A stretch of 63,402 nucleotides of DNA, the filler included, from an uncultured Methanosarcinales archaeon (lineage in GTDB: Archaea; Nanobdellota; Nanobdellia; Woesearchaeales; CAZPJY01): the NCBI GenBank assembly GCA_964587045.1. It is 3 parts of 3 records of this genome, joined end to end, with 100 filler letters (N's around TTAATTAATTAA, not from the genome) between each part and the next. Parts side by side here need not be neighbours in the genome. Positions count along the whole stretch, not along the records: positions 24,407 to 48,380 come from CAZPJY010000028.1; 2 more parts are not named here. One strand, given 5' to 3'. Shown one piece after another: positions 36,782 through 46,037 of the stretch (positions are counted from its first letter, which is position 1; every line of letters starts with the position of its first letter). A program made the translations under genes and the position numbers. The notes under the pieces are model-generated. The model did no database searches, was not told the DNA's origin, and saw only the letters and a list, made by a program, of their open reading frames with translations.

Positions 36782-38118
36782 CTTGCGCCGCCCTTCCAGT
36801 AGGTTAGTATCTGGGAGCTGTCAGGGTCTATGAATTCCTGCGCCGTGCTAATGACGCTCTCCTTGTCCAACCCTCCGATCTTTGCATAAGCCACCTCAGG
36901 ATCCTCCAGATCAATTGCCAGCACCTCACGCTTGAAGGCAGCCTCAACCCGGTACTCGGGACTGTTGCAAGCGAGATCGGACCTCCTCTTGAGTATGTAG
37001 CTGTCCATGACCTTTTTCTTGGCCGTCTTGAACGTCCGGTCAGAGAATTCGCCTGCCACGACGTACCTGACCACATCCCCAGATATCCTTTCGATCCTGC
37101 TGAAGTGCTTTGCCTCGTGCTGTGTCTTTAAGAGAATTGCGTTCAGGTAGCGGTAGTCGTGTGAGCTTATGCTGTAAACCAGGCTGTGTTTTTCCCTCAT
37201 CACGGTGTTGAGCTCCCCGCCAAAACCGCCCCCGAGGACCGAGTTGAAGACGCCCAGCCTGTACCTTTCCTCGTGGGTCTTTGGGATTTTCCTCAATGGG
37301 TACCCTCTCAGGAAGATCATCTGTTCTGAGGGTCCTTGCTTGTGGTACCTTGGTCCGGGAGCGCTCATGAGGTCTATTGGGGTTTCCCTCACCGAGGCCT
37401 GGTCGCCTCTGGGTCTCAGGGCGCTGACGACTCCCTCTAAGCCCTGCCACACCGTATCCGGGCTTAGCTCCCCTGAATGTATTATTGTGGGGTAGGAGGA
37501 AGAGATGAACCCTTCGAACAGGTTCCTCACCTGACTCATTCTTGCGTTCCGAATGATGTTGGCCATGTCCCCTATGTCCAGCGCCCTGGTGTTTTTGTAG
37601 AACCTTCGTTCGAATTCTTCAGAGGCCTGCTTCACGTGTTTTGAATTGTCGTCATCAATCTCTTTAAGCTCCTCGGCCCTTGCCTGCTCGAACAATCGTT
37701 CCCCGCCACGTGCGTTCAGCAGGGAGTCGGTGAACAGCTCAATGATTATGTCGCTTGCAGTTCGGAGCGAGGTTTTGCCTGCTTTGCCAGGTGCTAGAAC
37801 CAGGTACATCGTGAGAATCAAACGGTTGGGGGTGTGGCTTACTGCCGCGCCCGGGTTCTCGGTTCTGGAGCTTCGTACAGCGCGGATTATCGAATCCACC
37901 GACGGGTGTTTCCTGGTTCCCCTGCTTATGGCGTTTAGGTATAGATCAAGGAGGAGCTTTTTTTCTTGTGTTTCCCTTACGTTTGGGGTGGGCGCGGTGA
38001 AGGAGAGCGAGACCTGCTGGCGCATCTTCTCGGATTGGTTGTGGAACAGTCTGACGCCGCCGTACTCATGCTTGGAAAATCTAGTCTTCCTGAGCAGCTG
38101 AGCAATGTCCTCTTGCAT
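36778..38118 (-). CDS. M16 family non-catalytic subunit (YmfF-like)
   Basis: No HxxEH; FNSVLGGGFGGEL..MREKHSLVYSI; ATGA coupling to the partner gene. Confidence 0.8.
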   Translation of the reverse strand: MQEDIAQLLRKTRFSKHEYGGVRLFHNQSEKMRQQVSLSFTAPTPNVRETQEKKLLLDLYLNAISRGTRKHPSVDSIIRAVRSSRTENPGAAVSHTPNRLILTMYLVLAPGKAGKTSLRTASDIIIELFTDSLLNARGGERLFEQARAEELKEIDDDNSKHVKQASEEFERRFYKNTRALDIGDMANIIRNARMSQVRNLFEGFISSSYPTIIHSGELSPDTVWQGLEGVVSALRPRGDQASVRETPIDLMSAPGPRYHKQGPSEQMIFLRGYPLRKIPKTHEERYRLGVFNSVLGGGFGGELNTVMREKHSLVYSISSHDYRYLNAILLKTQHEAKHFSRIERISGDVVRYVVAGEFSDRTFKTAKKKVMDSYILKRRSDLACNSPEYRVEAAFKREVLAIDLEDPEVAYAKIGGLDKESVISTAQEFIDPDSSQILTYWKGGAR

Positions 38119-38194
38119 CGCTCGCCGGATAAAACAGCAATATTTAAGGCTTCTCAAAAAGGTTAAATAAGATTAAAGAGCCCAGGTTCTGCCC

Positions 38195-38539
38195 ATGGTT
38201 TATGCAGTCCCGATCAACGAGTTCCCCTACAGGAGCTGCATCGAGAACCTTTGCCGCGCCGCACATAACCGCAAGCTGGCCTCCGTGATGCAGGGAGGCA
38301 GCGGTTCGCAGTTTGAGACGTATGCAAAGGAACTCCAACAGCACGCCCAGCAGTTTTATGGTCTTGCGAAATGGGGTGAGGCCGCTCTTGAGGCCCTCGC
38401 AGCTGAGGGAGACCTCGAAGGAATTTCAGCATTCCAAGGAAAGACAGGCAAGAATGTTCAGGCGCTTATTAGGACATTGAATGAAATCAAATTGCCGCTT
38501 TACGATGATGGAACCAGCCGGCACCCTTCTGATCGATAA
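38195..38539 (+). CDS. Hypothetical protein
   Basis: ORF with a TATA-like element upstream. Confidence 0.55.
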   Translation: MVYAVPINEFPYRSCIENLCRAAHNRKLASVMQGGSGSQFETYAKELQQHAQQFYGLAKWGEAALEALAAEGDLEGISAFQGKTGKNVQALIRTLNEIKLPLYDDGTSRHPSDR

Positions 38540-38597
38540 TTTAAAACTTGACAGTGGTAAACAGCTTTGATATATCAGGACTGATTACCCATCTCCT

Positions 38598-38762
38598 ATG
38601 GAAAATCTTGAAAGGAGGCTGAAGGTGTTTGGCCGCTTTTACCCCATCAGGAAACGGCTAAGGCGACAAAAACACTATTATCGCGCCAACTACAAAAGGA
38701 TGCTTAGATACGACGGCCCTTACATGGGGCTGAAGAGAGAATACCGCTCGCCTGATATTTAA
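38598..38762 (+). CDS. Possible 54-aa Arg/Tyr-rich microprotein
   Basis: MENLERRLKVFGRFYPIRKRLRRQKHYYRANYKRMLRYDGPYMGLKREYRSPDI; TTGATATA about 25 bp upstream; fills the intergenic gap. Confidence 0.45.
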   Translation: MENLERRLKVFGRFYPIRKRLRRQKHYYRANYKRMLRYDGPYMGLKREYRSPDI

Positions 38763-38763
38763 T

Positions 38764-39159
38764 TTATTTGTAGTCCAAGCCTTCGACGAAGCTGTCGATG
38801 ACCTTCTTGGTAGTATCGTAGACACGCTGAAAGTCAGGCAAGAATCTCACCGCAAACATTGCTTGGGTGACATCTGCATTGACCAAGGCGACAAGGTCTT
38901 TGAAGGCCTCCTCATCGCTAAGCGACCAGTTGGATCCCTTCTTTGAGACGAATTTTTCAAGGCTCGGAATCATATTGATTAATGTGAATCTGCCTTCAGT
39001 TCCCTTCACAGAATCCACGAAATAGTGCAACAGGCACTTTACCTTGGTCTTGTCACCAACATCAAGGCCTGAGTATTTTCTGCCGTCCTCCCTACAGGTG
39101 GTGTAATGCTCTGATAAAAATTCCCTTGCGTCCTTATCGTCTTTCTTGAAGCTTGCCAT
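38764..39159 (-). CDS. Hypothetical protein
   Basis: ATG 39159 about 25 bp after TTATAAAT. Confidence 0.6.
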   Translation of the reverse strand: MASFKKDDKDAREFLSEHYTTCREDGRKYSGLDVGDKTKVKCLLHYFVDSVKGTEGRFTLINMIPSLEKFVSKKGSNWSLSDEEAFKDLVALVNADVTQAMFAVRFLPDFQRVYDTTKKVIDSFVEGLDYK

Positions 39160-39220
39160 GGCAGGAGAGAAACCGAAGATATTTATAAGCTTTACGTATT
39201 TTACCACTATAAAATGACGA

Positions 39221-39604
39221 TTATCTAGGCATGCTGGTGATGAATTCCTTGAAGGCTACGTATGCCAGACGGTCCCTTCCCACCTGGATGCCCTTTATTT
39301 GCGTTATCAGGTTGGCCTGCCATTCCTTCTTGCCGTTAAGGTACTGAACAAAGATCACTGGCAAGCTGTGCTTTCTGTACACCTTCTCCCTGTATTTCTC
39401 AAGTTCCTTTATTTTATCGCACACCTCCACGAAGATGCCGAATTCAGGTAAGAAGAAAGCGGGTGCCCATGCGCGCGGACGCTTCTTTTCATCCGATACG
39501 ACCACCGGGTGCTGGTAGATCCACGACAGTTTCCGCGTGTTGAGGAACTGCGCCACCTCCAGCTCGGATTTCGACATGTCCTTGTAGGCGATCTTCTTTG
39601 GCAT
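39221..39604 (-). CDS. Restriction-endonuclease-fold (PD-(D/E)XK-like) protein, probably inactive
   Basis: SKSELEVAQFL..WIYQ..PAFFLPEFGIFVEV, where the family typically has PDFYLP. Confidence 0.7.
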   Translation of the reverse strand: MPKKIAYKDMSKSELEVAQFLNTRKLSWIYQHPVVVSDEKKRPRAWAPAFFLPEFGIFVEVCDKIKELEKYREKVYRKHSLPVIFVQYLNGKKEWQANLITQIKGIQVGRDRLAYVAFKEFITSMPR

Positions 39605-39781
39605 TCAATCAACCCCCAGACCCGAATACCGAATCCTCTTATTTAATCTTTTCGCTGAATAGAATGTTTCCACCGTTGGACCCGGCTCCGGGCCCAATAT
39701 TAGACGGGTACGACACGCTCTTCAAGCGGCAGCCCCTTTTTTTCGATAAAATTTTTATAGGTGGTTCGCTGGATAAGTAAT

Positions 39782-40251
39782 GTGGGCTGGCTTAAGGGGA
39801 ATGAGGAGGAAGGCATCTTTAATAATTTCATCAAGAGCGGAGTTTGGGACTTCATCATCATCGCGGCGATCGTGGGTGCCCTCTACATGTACTTCCACCT
39901 AGACATGGTCCTTGACATATTCATAACGCTGGCAATCTTCATCTACACCCTTATCCTGGGCTTGGTCGCGCTTTTCATCGGGGTCGTTGCCATCATAAGC
40001 CTGCTCAAGAGGAAGATGATGCTCCATTCTGCGATCTCACTTGCGCTGTCGCTGATGGTTTTCGGCTTTCTAGTTCTGATNNNNNNNNNNNNNNNNNNNN
40101 NNNNNNNNNNNNNNNNNNNNNNNNNNNNNNNNNNNNNNNNNNNNNNNNNNNNNNNNNNNNNNNNNNNNNNNNNNNNNNNNATTCTGCGATCTCACTTGCG
40201 CTGTCGCTGATGGTTTTCGGCTTTCTAGTTCTGATTTTTGCCTTTGGATAG
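39782..40251 (+). CDS. Small membrane protein interrupted by a collapsible assembly gap
   Basis: TM helices; merging the 55-bp duplicate flanks gives ...FGFLVLIFAFG-stop at 40251. Confidence 0.7.
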
Positions 40252-40288
40252 GAAGGAATAAATATAGTGGGTTGGAAAGCATTTGATT

Positions 40289-40885
40289 ATGGAAAAAATC
40301 GAAGAGCTTTTCTGGATGGAGTATGACAACTCAGTCTATTTGCGACACGGATTCATGGGGGTTGGAAGGATCATCAAAGGTAACAGGCCGTTCCTCTATG
40401 AATTCTTCCATAACAATTTGAAGGACTACATATACTTCAGGTACATCGATCAGGCAAAATCTTTCCTGGAAGAGGGAGTCCGGGAATTCTCCGACCTCAT
40501 AGGAAACAGCCTTGAGTCCGGCGTAAGCGAGAACCCAAGTAAAAAGCTCTATTGGAAGACAGATGAGGGCAAAAGTGAGCTCATCCTTAAAGTGAGTGAC
40601 ATACCTCAAAAACTCAATATTGCGACCTTGACCTATTGCCAAGGGCTTGTGGGCGGCATCCCAACAGGGAAGTATGAGCGCGTGCAAGGGGTGCTAATGG
40701 AGAGGTGCCTTCCTGTAGGAAACGGAGAGTCCAGGTGGGACATCTCGAGCAAAATCAACAACTACGGTTTTACAGAAGAGTTCCTCGAACTTCAGGATGC
40801 GAAAGACTTCTTCCTAAAGCAGCTCGAGATTTTCAGGGAAGGCTGCCTTGTATCGACAATCCTGAAATCTAGGCAGAGCTCCTAG
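40289..40885 (+). CDS. Hypothetical protein
   Basis: About 198-aa ORF with TAAATATA upstream. Confidence 0.6.
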   Translation: MEKIEELFWMEYDNSVYLRHGFMGVGRIIKGNRPFLYEFFHNNLKDYIYFRYIDQAKSFLEEGVREFSDLIGNSLESGVSENPSKKLYWKTDEGKSELILKVSDIPQKLNIATLTYCQGLVGGIPTGKYERVQGVLMERCLPVGNGESRWDISSKINNYGFTEEFLELQDAKDFFLKQLEIFREGCLVSTILKSRQSS

Positions 40886-40954
40886 AATGGAAGGTGCCGC
40901 AGCCCGACACCGAACTCAAACTTCAAACCACCCTCATACTTCTCCAGGTTGTAG

Positions 40955-41194
40955 TTTCGATACACGAGCCCTAGCGAGACGAAGAGGTCCCGAAACAGCT
41001 GCGGCATCTACGTGGACGCTTCATCCAGCGGCACCTACATCGCTGGCAACAGCGTTTGGGATAACGCCGAAAACTACTGCGACAACGACGAGAGCTCATT
41101 CGGCGAGCCTGGGGACATCCCGGAGTTCACAGCGATTGGCGCTGGTCTCGCGCTTCTCGGCGCAGGTGCAGTCATCCTCCGCAAGCGGAGGTAA
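40955..41194 (+). pseudogene. C-terminal remnant of a beta-helix surface protein with PEF-CTERM sorting signal
   Basis: NSCGIYVDASSSGTYIAGNSVWDN then IPEF-TM-RKRR; in-frame TAG at 40952; no signal peptide. Confidence 0.7.
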
Positions 41195-41218
41195 TCTTTT
41201 CTTCTTTTTTTCCCTGTT

Positions 41219-41335
41219 CTACTTGTAACGGTCCTTTTCGGTCCTCTTCCAGGTTTTGCCGTCATTGCCCGCATCGATGCGTGAGAAGTGGGTCGAATTG
41301 ATTTTTTTTCCGGCTTTGCTCTTTTTCTCTTTCAT
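41219..41335 (-). CDS. Possible 38-aa basic microprotein
   Basis: MKEKKSKAGKKINSTHFSRIDAGNDGKTWKRTEKDRYK; TTTATTATA about 25 bp upstream. Confidence 0.4.
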   Translation of the reverse strand: MKEKKSKAGKKINSTHFSRIDAGNDGKTWKRTEKDRYK

Positions 41336-41445
41336 CCTAAAAGGTAGAATAAGTCCGGATTATAATAAACCTGGGTTTAAGCTATAAAAACTGGGGGTGA
41401 TTAATCATTGAACTGCTCTTCTATGAGCTTTCTGTAGGGCTGGTA

Positions 41446-41766
41446 TTACTTGGCCCCGAATTCGCCGTCCCACCACTCAATCATCACCGTGTCAGTTAGG
41501 GATCTGAAGAGGTGTGGCGTGTTGGGCGGGATTATGATGAGTTCATTGTCTTTTTTATGGATTACGACGTACTCGCCGCCTTTTCGCAGCGTAATCTCGA
41601 ATTCCCCTTTCAGGATCAGGTCGTATTGGGTGTTTGGGTGGTAATCCCCGCTACTTAGAGCGCCCTTCTTGGTGTAGAGGACGTTGTACTTTGTGCCTTT
41701 GAACTCATACCTATGTATTTCTCCTCTCTTATCGACATGTACATCATCAAGAGGGCCCTTTTTCAT
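41446..41766 (-). CDS. Cupin domain protein
   Basis: SGDYHPNTQYDLILKG and IPPNTPHLF cupin motifs. Confidence 0.8.
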   Translation of the reverse strand: MKKGPLDDVHVDKRGEIHRYEFKGTKYNVLYTKKGALSSGDYHPNTQYDLILKGEFEITLRKGGEYVVIHKKDNELIIIPPNTPHLFRSLTDTVMIEWWDGEFGAK

Positions 41767-41851
41767 GGTGGAAATCCGATAATCCCCACTTATTTAAATG
41801 GTTTTTTATCAAGGGATGATGTATAGGTTTAAATATCTGGATTACCTGTCT

Positions 41852-42019
41852 ATGAACATGAAACCTGTTTATCTGATTTTATCTGTTGTCATCCTGGGAT
41901 TGGCCGTTTTGTTTTTCTTCCCTGAACCGGAAACCAATTACCTCGCATATGTCGGAACTGCCTCATTCTTCCTGGCAGTGGTAATATTCTTGCTTATCCG
42001 GGGAAGAAGGAAGCCTTAA
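41852..42019 (+). CDS. Small 2-TM protein
   Basis: Two hydrophobic helices, basic tail, TTTAAATA upstream. Confidence 0.6.
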   Translation: MNMKPVYLILSVVILGLAVLFFFPEPETNYLAYVGTASFFLAVVIFLLIRGRRKP

Positions 42020-42199
42020 GATTATTAACGCGACCACTTTCCAGCAAATTGAAAAAATCACGGACCAGCTCATGCATATCTTGTGATTAACGAATTTCTT
42101 CGTTCGGGGTGGTTGTGGAAGCCCATAAGACTTACGCCATCAAACTTTCTGGAACACTGGTGAATCAAAAGTTGGAAATCGCGTACGGGTCAATACGCC

Positions 42200-43003
42200 T
42201 CATGATATTTCGAAATCCGAATCTTCTTTATATTCAGGATTGAACTCGAGAAGCATAGGATGGCGCTTTATTAAATTCAGACATCCGCCAGGGCAGCCTC
42301 CTGCTATCGAAGTGCCGTATATCTCTTTAGCCCCACTCTTTTGGCAAATCTTCATCACTTCGATTATGCTTTTGCCTCCGACTATCCAGTCTTCGACTAC
42401 AAGTACATTTTTCCCTTTGAGGTGCTGCAAGTAGTCTTTACCCGCCCTTTTTGGCAGGACAACTTTCCTGTCGTCGTTCCTGTAATGCGAGAATCTCATT
42501 ATTGTTATGTCAGGCTTGCCTAACAATGATTGAAGAAGCATGGCAGGTTCGTTTCCCCCTCCGCTCACTGAGACGATTTCATCAATGCATTTGATGCATG
42601 GGTCAGTTTGCAGGGTGTTGGCCCATCGCCTAATCTCTTCTGCCTCTGCCACGCCCATTAGGTGCCTAACATTGACGGTCTCATACCTAATGGTGGCAAG
42701 GAATAAACCTTCATTCTCTTTTACGGTCTCTTTGACGGACTTGGTTTCCGGTCTGCCTTTGTAGAGTGAGAGTGTGTATTCAGCCACTGCCTTCTTTAGA
42801 TGGTTGAATCCGTCATTTGGGTATTTCATGTCAAACGAGCATAACATGTTGTAGTAGGAGTTAAACAAGTTGTGGACTGGCTCTCTTAGTTCGAATGGAT
42901 CGTCCTCTGCTTGGACGAACTTGAGCATCCCTTCGATTGTTATCAAGTTGCTGATTCTTGATTCTTCGTACAGCTTGGTCATCCTTTTCCTTAGCTTTTG
43001 CAT
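42200..43003 (-). CDS. Phosphoribosyltransferase-domain protein with N-terminal helical extension
   Basis: LKGKNVLVVEDWIVGGKSI PRPP-binding loop. Confidence 0.8.
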   Translation of the reverse strand: MQKLRKRMTKLYEESRISNLITIEGMLKFVQAEDDPFELREPVHNLFNSYYNMLCSFDMKYPNDGFNHLKKAVAEYTLSLYKGRPETKSVKETVKENEGLFLATIRYETVNVRHLMGVAEAEEIRRWANTLQTDPCIKCIDEIVSVSGGGNEPAMLLQSLLGKPDITIMRFSHYRNDDRKVVLPKRAGKDYLQHLKGKNVLVVEDWIVGGKSIIEVMKICQKSGAKEIYGTSIAGGCPGGCLNLIKRHPMLLEFNPEYKEDSDFEIS

Positions 43004-43202
43004 GCGGGTTTTGGGATTATAACTTCTATAAAAATCTTTCTATAATTTACTACTAATAAGTAGTATATTTTGATATTTTTTACCTTAGAGAAACCCTTTA
43101 GAAAATCTCAAAGAGATCAAGGACGCTCTAGACAACAGTGAGAAAATAAAATTAGTATGAAACGCAAGGTGTAAATAGAGAAATATGAACAAAATGATAC
43201 AA

Positions 43203-43274
43203 AGCCCCTGCGGAGACTTGAACTCCGGACCTTCCGCTTACCAAGCGAACGCTCCACCACTGAGCTACAGGGGC
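43203..43274 (-). tRNA. tRNA-Thr(GGT), no encoded CCA, no intron
   Basis: GCCCCTG acceptor stem, TAGCTCAGTGG D-arm, TTGGTAA anticodon loop, GTTCAAGT T-loop; CGAAAGCTTTAAA promoter. Confidence 0.97.
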
Positions 43275-43366
43275 GCTTCACGACTTCTGGACTTCTGAAG
43301 AGAATTTAAAGCTTTCGCCGCTTCCAAACCATTATTAACACCACCAGATAGTAGTATCAAAACGAA

Positions 43367-43921
43367 ATGTTTAAAAGGAAGCCCAACACCCTCATCTTAG
43401 GTGATATGATGAACGACCTTGAAGCACAGATACGAAAAGACCGAGCTGAGGTAGAAACCGACCTGACAAGGATAACTGGCCGGGTTAACCTCGATTACCC
43501 CCAGATAAGGGAGACAGTCAAGGACCTACTGCGATGGGAGAGCCACCTCAAGAGGTATCATGAAGGCAGGAGCCTCAAGCTCAACCAGCACTACAACTCA
43601 AAAGATAATGTCTATGAATACTCATTGAATGAGGACCGGGAGTTCAATGTGCTCGAGCGGCACAACGGCTTCTTCGGCTCGGTCAGGAAAGCCGTCGACA
43701 GGTTCCAGCACGGGCTCAACGAGATGCTGAATCCCGACACCCTATGCAAGGTATCTGTGCGGCTCAAGGACTCAAAGCTCCTCATCGATGTCGTGTACCA
43801 AAACATCAAGGTAAACGACTACCTTCATCTCAGCGGGACCTTCAGCGGACTAAGGTCAGTGCTGCAAAGCAAGGGTTACGACTTCCGGATGTACGAGTAC
43901 GGCCACAAACCCGAAGAGTAA
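43367..43921 (+). CDS. Hypothetical protein
   Basis: 184-aa ORF, host-like codons. Confidence 0.65.
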   Translation: MFKRKPNTLILGDMMNDLEAQIRKDRAEVETDLTRITGRVNLDYPQIRETVKDLLRWESHLKRYHEGRSLKLNQHYNSKDNVYEYSLNEDREFNVLERHNGFFGSVRKAVDRFQHGLNEMLNPDTLCKVSVRLKDSKLLIDVVYQNIKVNDYLHLSGTFSGLRSVLQSKGYDFRMYEYGHKPEE

Positions 43922-43960
43922 AACGCCAGATTTTTATTCCCTCATATTATTCTTAGGTTC

Positions 43961-44986
43961 ATGAAGCCCCGCATCATCATAATAGGAGCCGGATTCGCTG
44001 GACTCTCAGCCCTCATCACCCTTGAGAGGCATCTCGACGCGGACATCCTGCTCTTCGACCGTGACCCATTCTTTGAGTATACGCCTTCGCTCCACCTTGT
44101 GCTGGGCGACAGGGGCAAGGAGGGGAACATCATCCTAGACCTCAAACGGTTTCCCCAGTTCAGGCATGAGGAGGTCCTGTCAATAAGCAAGGACAAAGTG
44201 CACACGGCAGGGGCGACCTACCCGTTCGACTACCTCATCGTCGCGACCGGCTCAGGCCCGAACTTCTACGGCAACACAAGCTTTGAGGAGAACGCGATAC
44301 CCTTCAAGCGCCTGAAGGATGTGAGGCTGATCAACGCTAAGCTCGTCAGCGCAAAGAATATCGCAGTCGTCGGCGGAGGTTACACCGGAGTAGAGGTTTC
44401 GTCAATCCTCGCGTCGCTCCCGGGCAAGCATGTCCACCTCATACACGCTGGGGCGAAGGTGCTCGACAGCATTGAGTCGGACGCCGGAGCCAAAGCGACG
44501 TCATACCTCCAGCGAAAAGGCGTCAGGCTGCACCTGAACAGCCGCGTCGAAAGATGTGCCAGAGGACGTATTGTCCTTGACTCGGGGTTCTCGTTAGCGT
44601 CAGACCTCACCATTATGACCGCTGGCGTCAAGCCCAACGACACCATGCTTCAGCGCCCGGAGCTGGACACGAATCTCGCCCTCAAGGCCAACGACCGCAT
44701 ATTCCTCGCGGGCGACGCAGGGAGGAGCGGTCTTCTCCTGACTGCCCACAACGCGATGATTGAGGGGAGGGCTGTCGCAGCCAGTATCATCAAGCGCGAA
44801 ACCAAAAGGGAAGTCAAGCGCGAACATAAGGACTGGCGCACCCTGGCAATAGCCCTGGGCAGGTACAACGGCATCATCACCTTGGGCAAGAGGGCGCCGC
44901 TGCTGCCCGTGGTCGGATTTGGCAAATGGCTGATCGAGAGGGCTGTCATGTTCGAGTTCGTGCACGGCCTGGAAAAGCCGATTTGA
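43961..44986 (+). CDS. FAD-dependent pyridine nucleotide-disulfide oxidoreductase (NDH-2/AIF-like)
   Basis: IIGAGFAG, YLIVATG, VVGGGYTGVE, IFLAGD. Confidence 0.9.
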   Translation: MKPRIIIIGAGFAGLSALITLERHLDADILLFDRDPFFEYTPSLHLVLGDRGKEGNIILDLKRFPQFRHEEVLSISKDKVHTAGATYPFDYLIVATGSGPNFYGNTSFEENAIPFKRLKDVRLINAKLVSAKNIAVVGGGYTGVEVSSILASLPGKHVHLIHAGAKVLDSIESDAGAKATSYLQRKGVRLHLNSRVERCARGRIVLDSGFSLASDLTIMTAGVKPNDTMLQRPELDTNLALKANDRIFLAGDAGRSGLLLTAHNAMIEGRAVAASIIKRETKREVKREHKDWRTLAIALGRYNGIITLGKRAPLLPVVGFGKWLIERAVMFEFVHGLEKPI

Positions 44987-45992
44987 AGGACCCAACACCC
45001 GCATTGCCGCCCGTGAGGCAGGACGTATGATGAGAATACGGCGAAGTGAAACTGTATTGATTCTTGAATTTGACGCCGTGCACCTCAAGACCTGCGAACA
45101 CCACTGAGAAGTACCTCTCGCCTGCCTTCAGCAGCTTCACCAGGTTGTGCGCAGAAACCTGCTTTTTCTTGGCTGCCTCCATGTTGCACTTAAGGTCGAT
45201 TGGATAGACCTTGCGCTGGGTGATATACTGGTAGTCGGGCACCTTAATATTGTTGTTCCACCTGCTCACATATCTCATGATCTCATCATCTACGAGGAAC
45301 AGAACTCCAGGCGCGTTGACCTTCTGTTCTATCCTAAAAGCGATGTCGTTAGGGCTTGCTACCTGGCGGAAGCGCTTGAAAAAGTAGTCTTCAAGGCTTT
45401 TACCGAACATCCTGGCATGCCCCCAGTTCACACTCTCCCTCAGGAGGTGGTTTAACCTGTCCATGCCGTGCGGCAGGTGCATTTTGGGCAGCGACTCCTT
45501 GATGAGCCTGTAGGCGAAAGCGTGAAGCGCGTACAGGTTCCTTGACACACCTGATTTAGCCGCCAAGGCCATGAATTTTCTTAGCAACGAATCGATGTTG
45601 GAATCGACGTAATCCACGTATTTCTGTTTGAAGGTTTGGTGGTATGAGTGCAGACCCTGCAGCTCGTTCCTGAAGTGGTACAGGAAGTAGGCTTTCGAGA
45701 AGAAGAAGGCGCACTTTGCGGCCCTCTCGAATTTTTTAAAGTCGTGCGGGTTGAATTCGGACCCAAAAAACGTCGCGACGGTGTTGTAGAAAGCCGGGTA
45801 CTGCTCGCGGAAGAGGTCGTTGTAGGTCTTCTGCAGGAAGATCACCCGGTCAGGGGTCATGATGTTAATCTTGTCATAGAGCGTGATGAAAAAACCGTCA
45901 GCCGGAGAAAGCACAGACCCTTGCTGGAGGCGAATCATCTCCCTTACTATCCCGTTCCTGCTCGCTACGTGGCGCCATGTGAGTATCTTCAC
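44946..45992 (-). CDS. Hypothetical protein with possible C-terminal PD-(D/E)XK motif
   Basis: 348-aa ORF; LE(DYF)...VPDYQY...PIDLK. Confidence 0.55.
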   Translation of the reverse strand: MKILTWRHVASRNGIVREMIRLQQGSVLSPADGFFITLYDKINIMTPDRVIFLQKTYNDLFREQYPAFYNTVATFFGSEFNPHDFKKFERAAKCAFFFSKAYFLYHFRNELQGLHSYHQTFKQKYVDYVDSNIDSLLRKFMALAAKSGVSRNLYALHAFAYRLIKESLPKMHLPHGMDRLNHLLRESVNWGHARMFGKSLEDYFFKRFRQVASPNDIAFRIEQKVNAPGVLFLVDDEIMRYVSRWNNNIKVPDYQYITQRKVYPIDLKCNMEAAKKKQVSAHNLVKLLKAGERYFSVVFAGLEVHGVKFKNQYSFTSPYSHHTSCLTGGNAGVGSFKSAFPGRARTRT

Positions 45993-46037
45993 AGACCATA
46001 CGTTCGGTACTTGATTATAAAAGTTTTTCTCATCCTA

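Noticed and set aside
40026..40235. 55-bp exact direct repeat (40026-40080 and 40181-40235)
   Set aside because: Flanks a 100-N gap; it is an unmerged contig overlap, and collapsing it restores one gene
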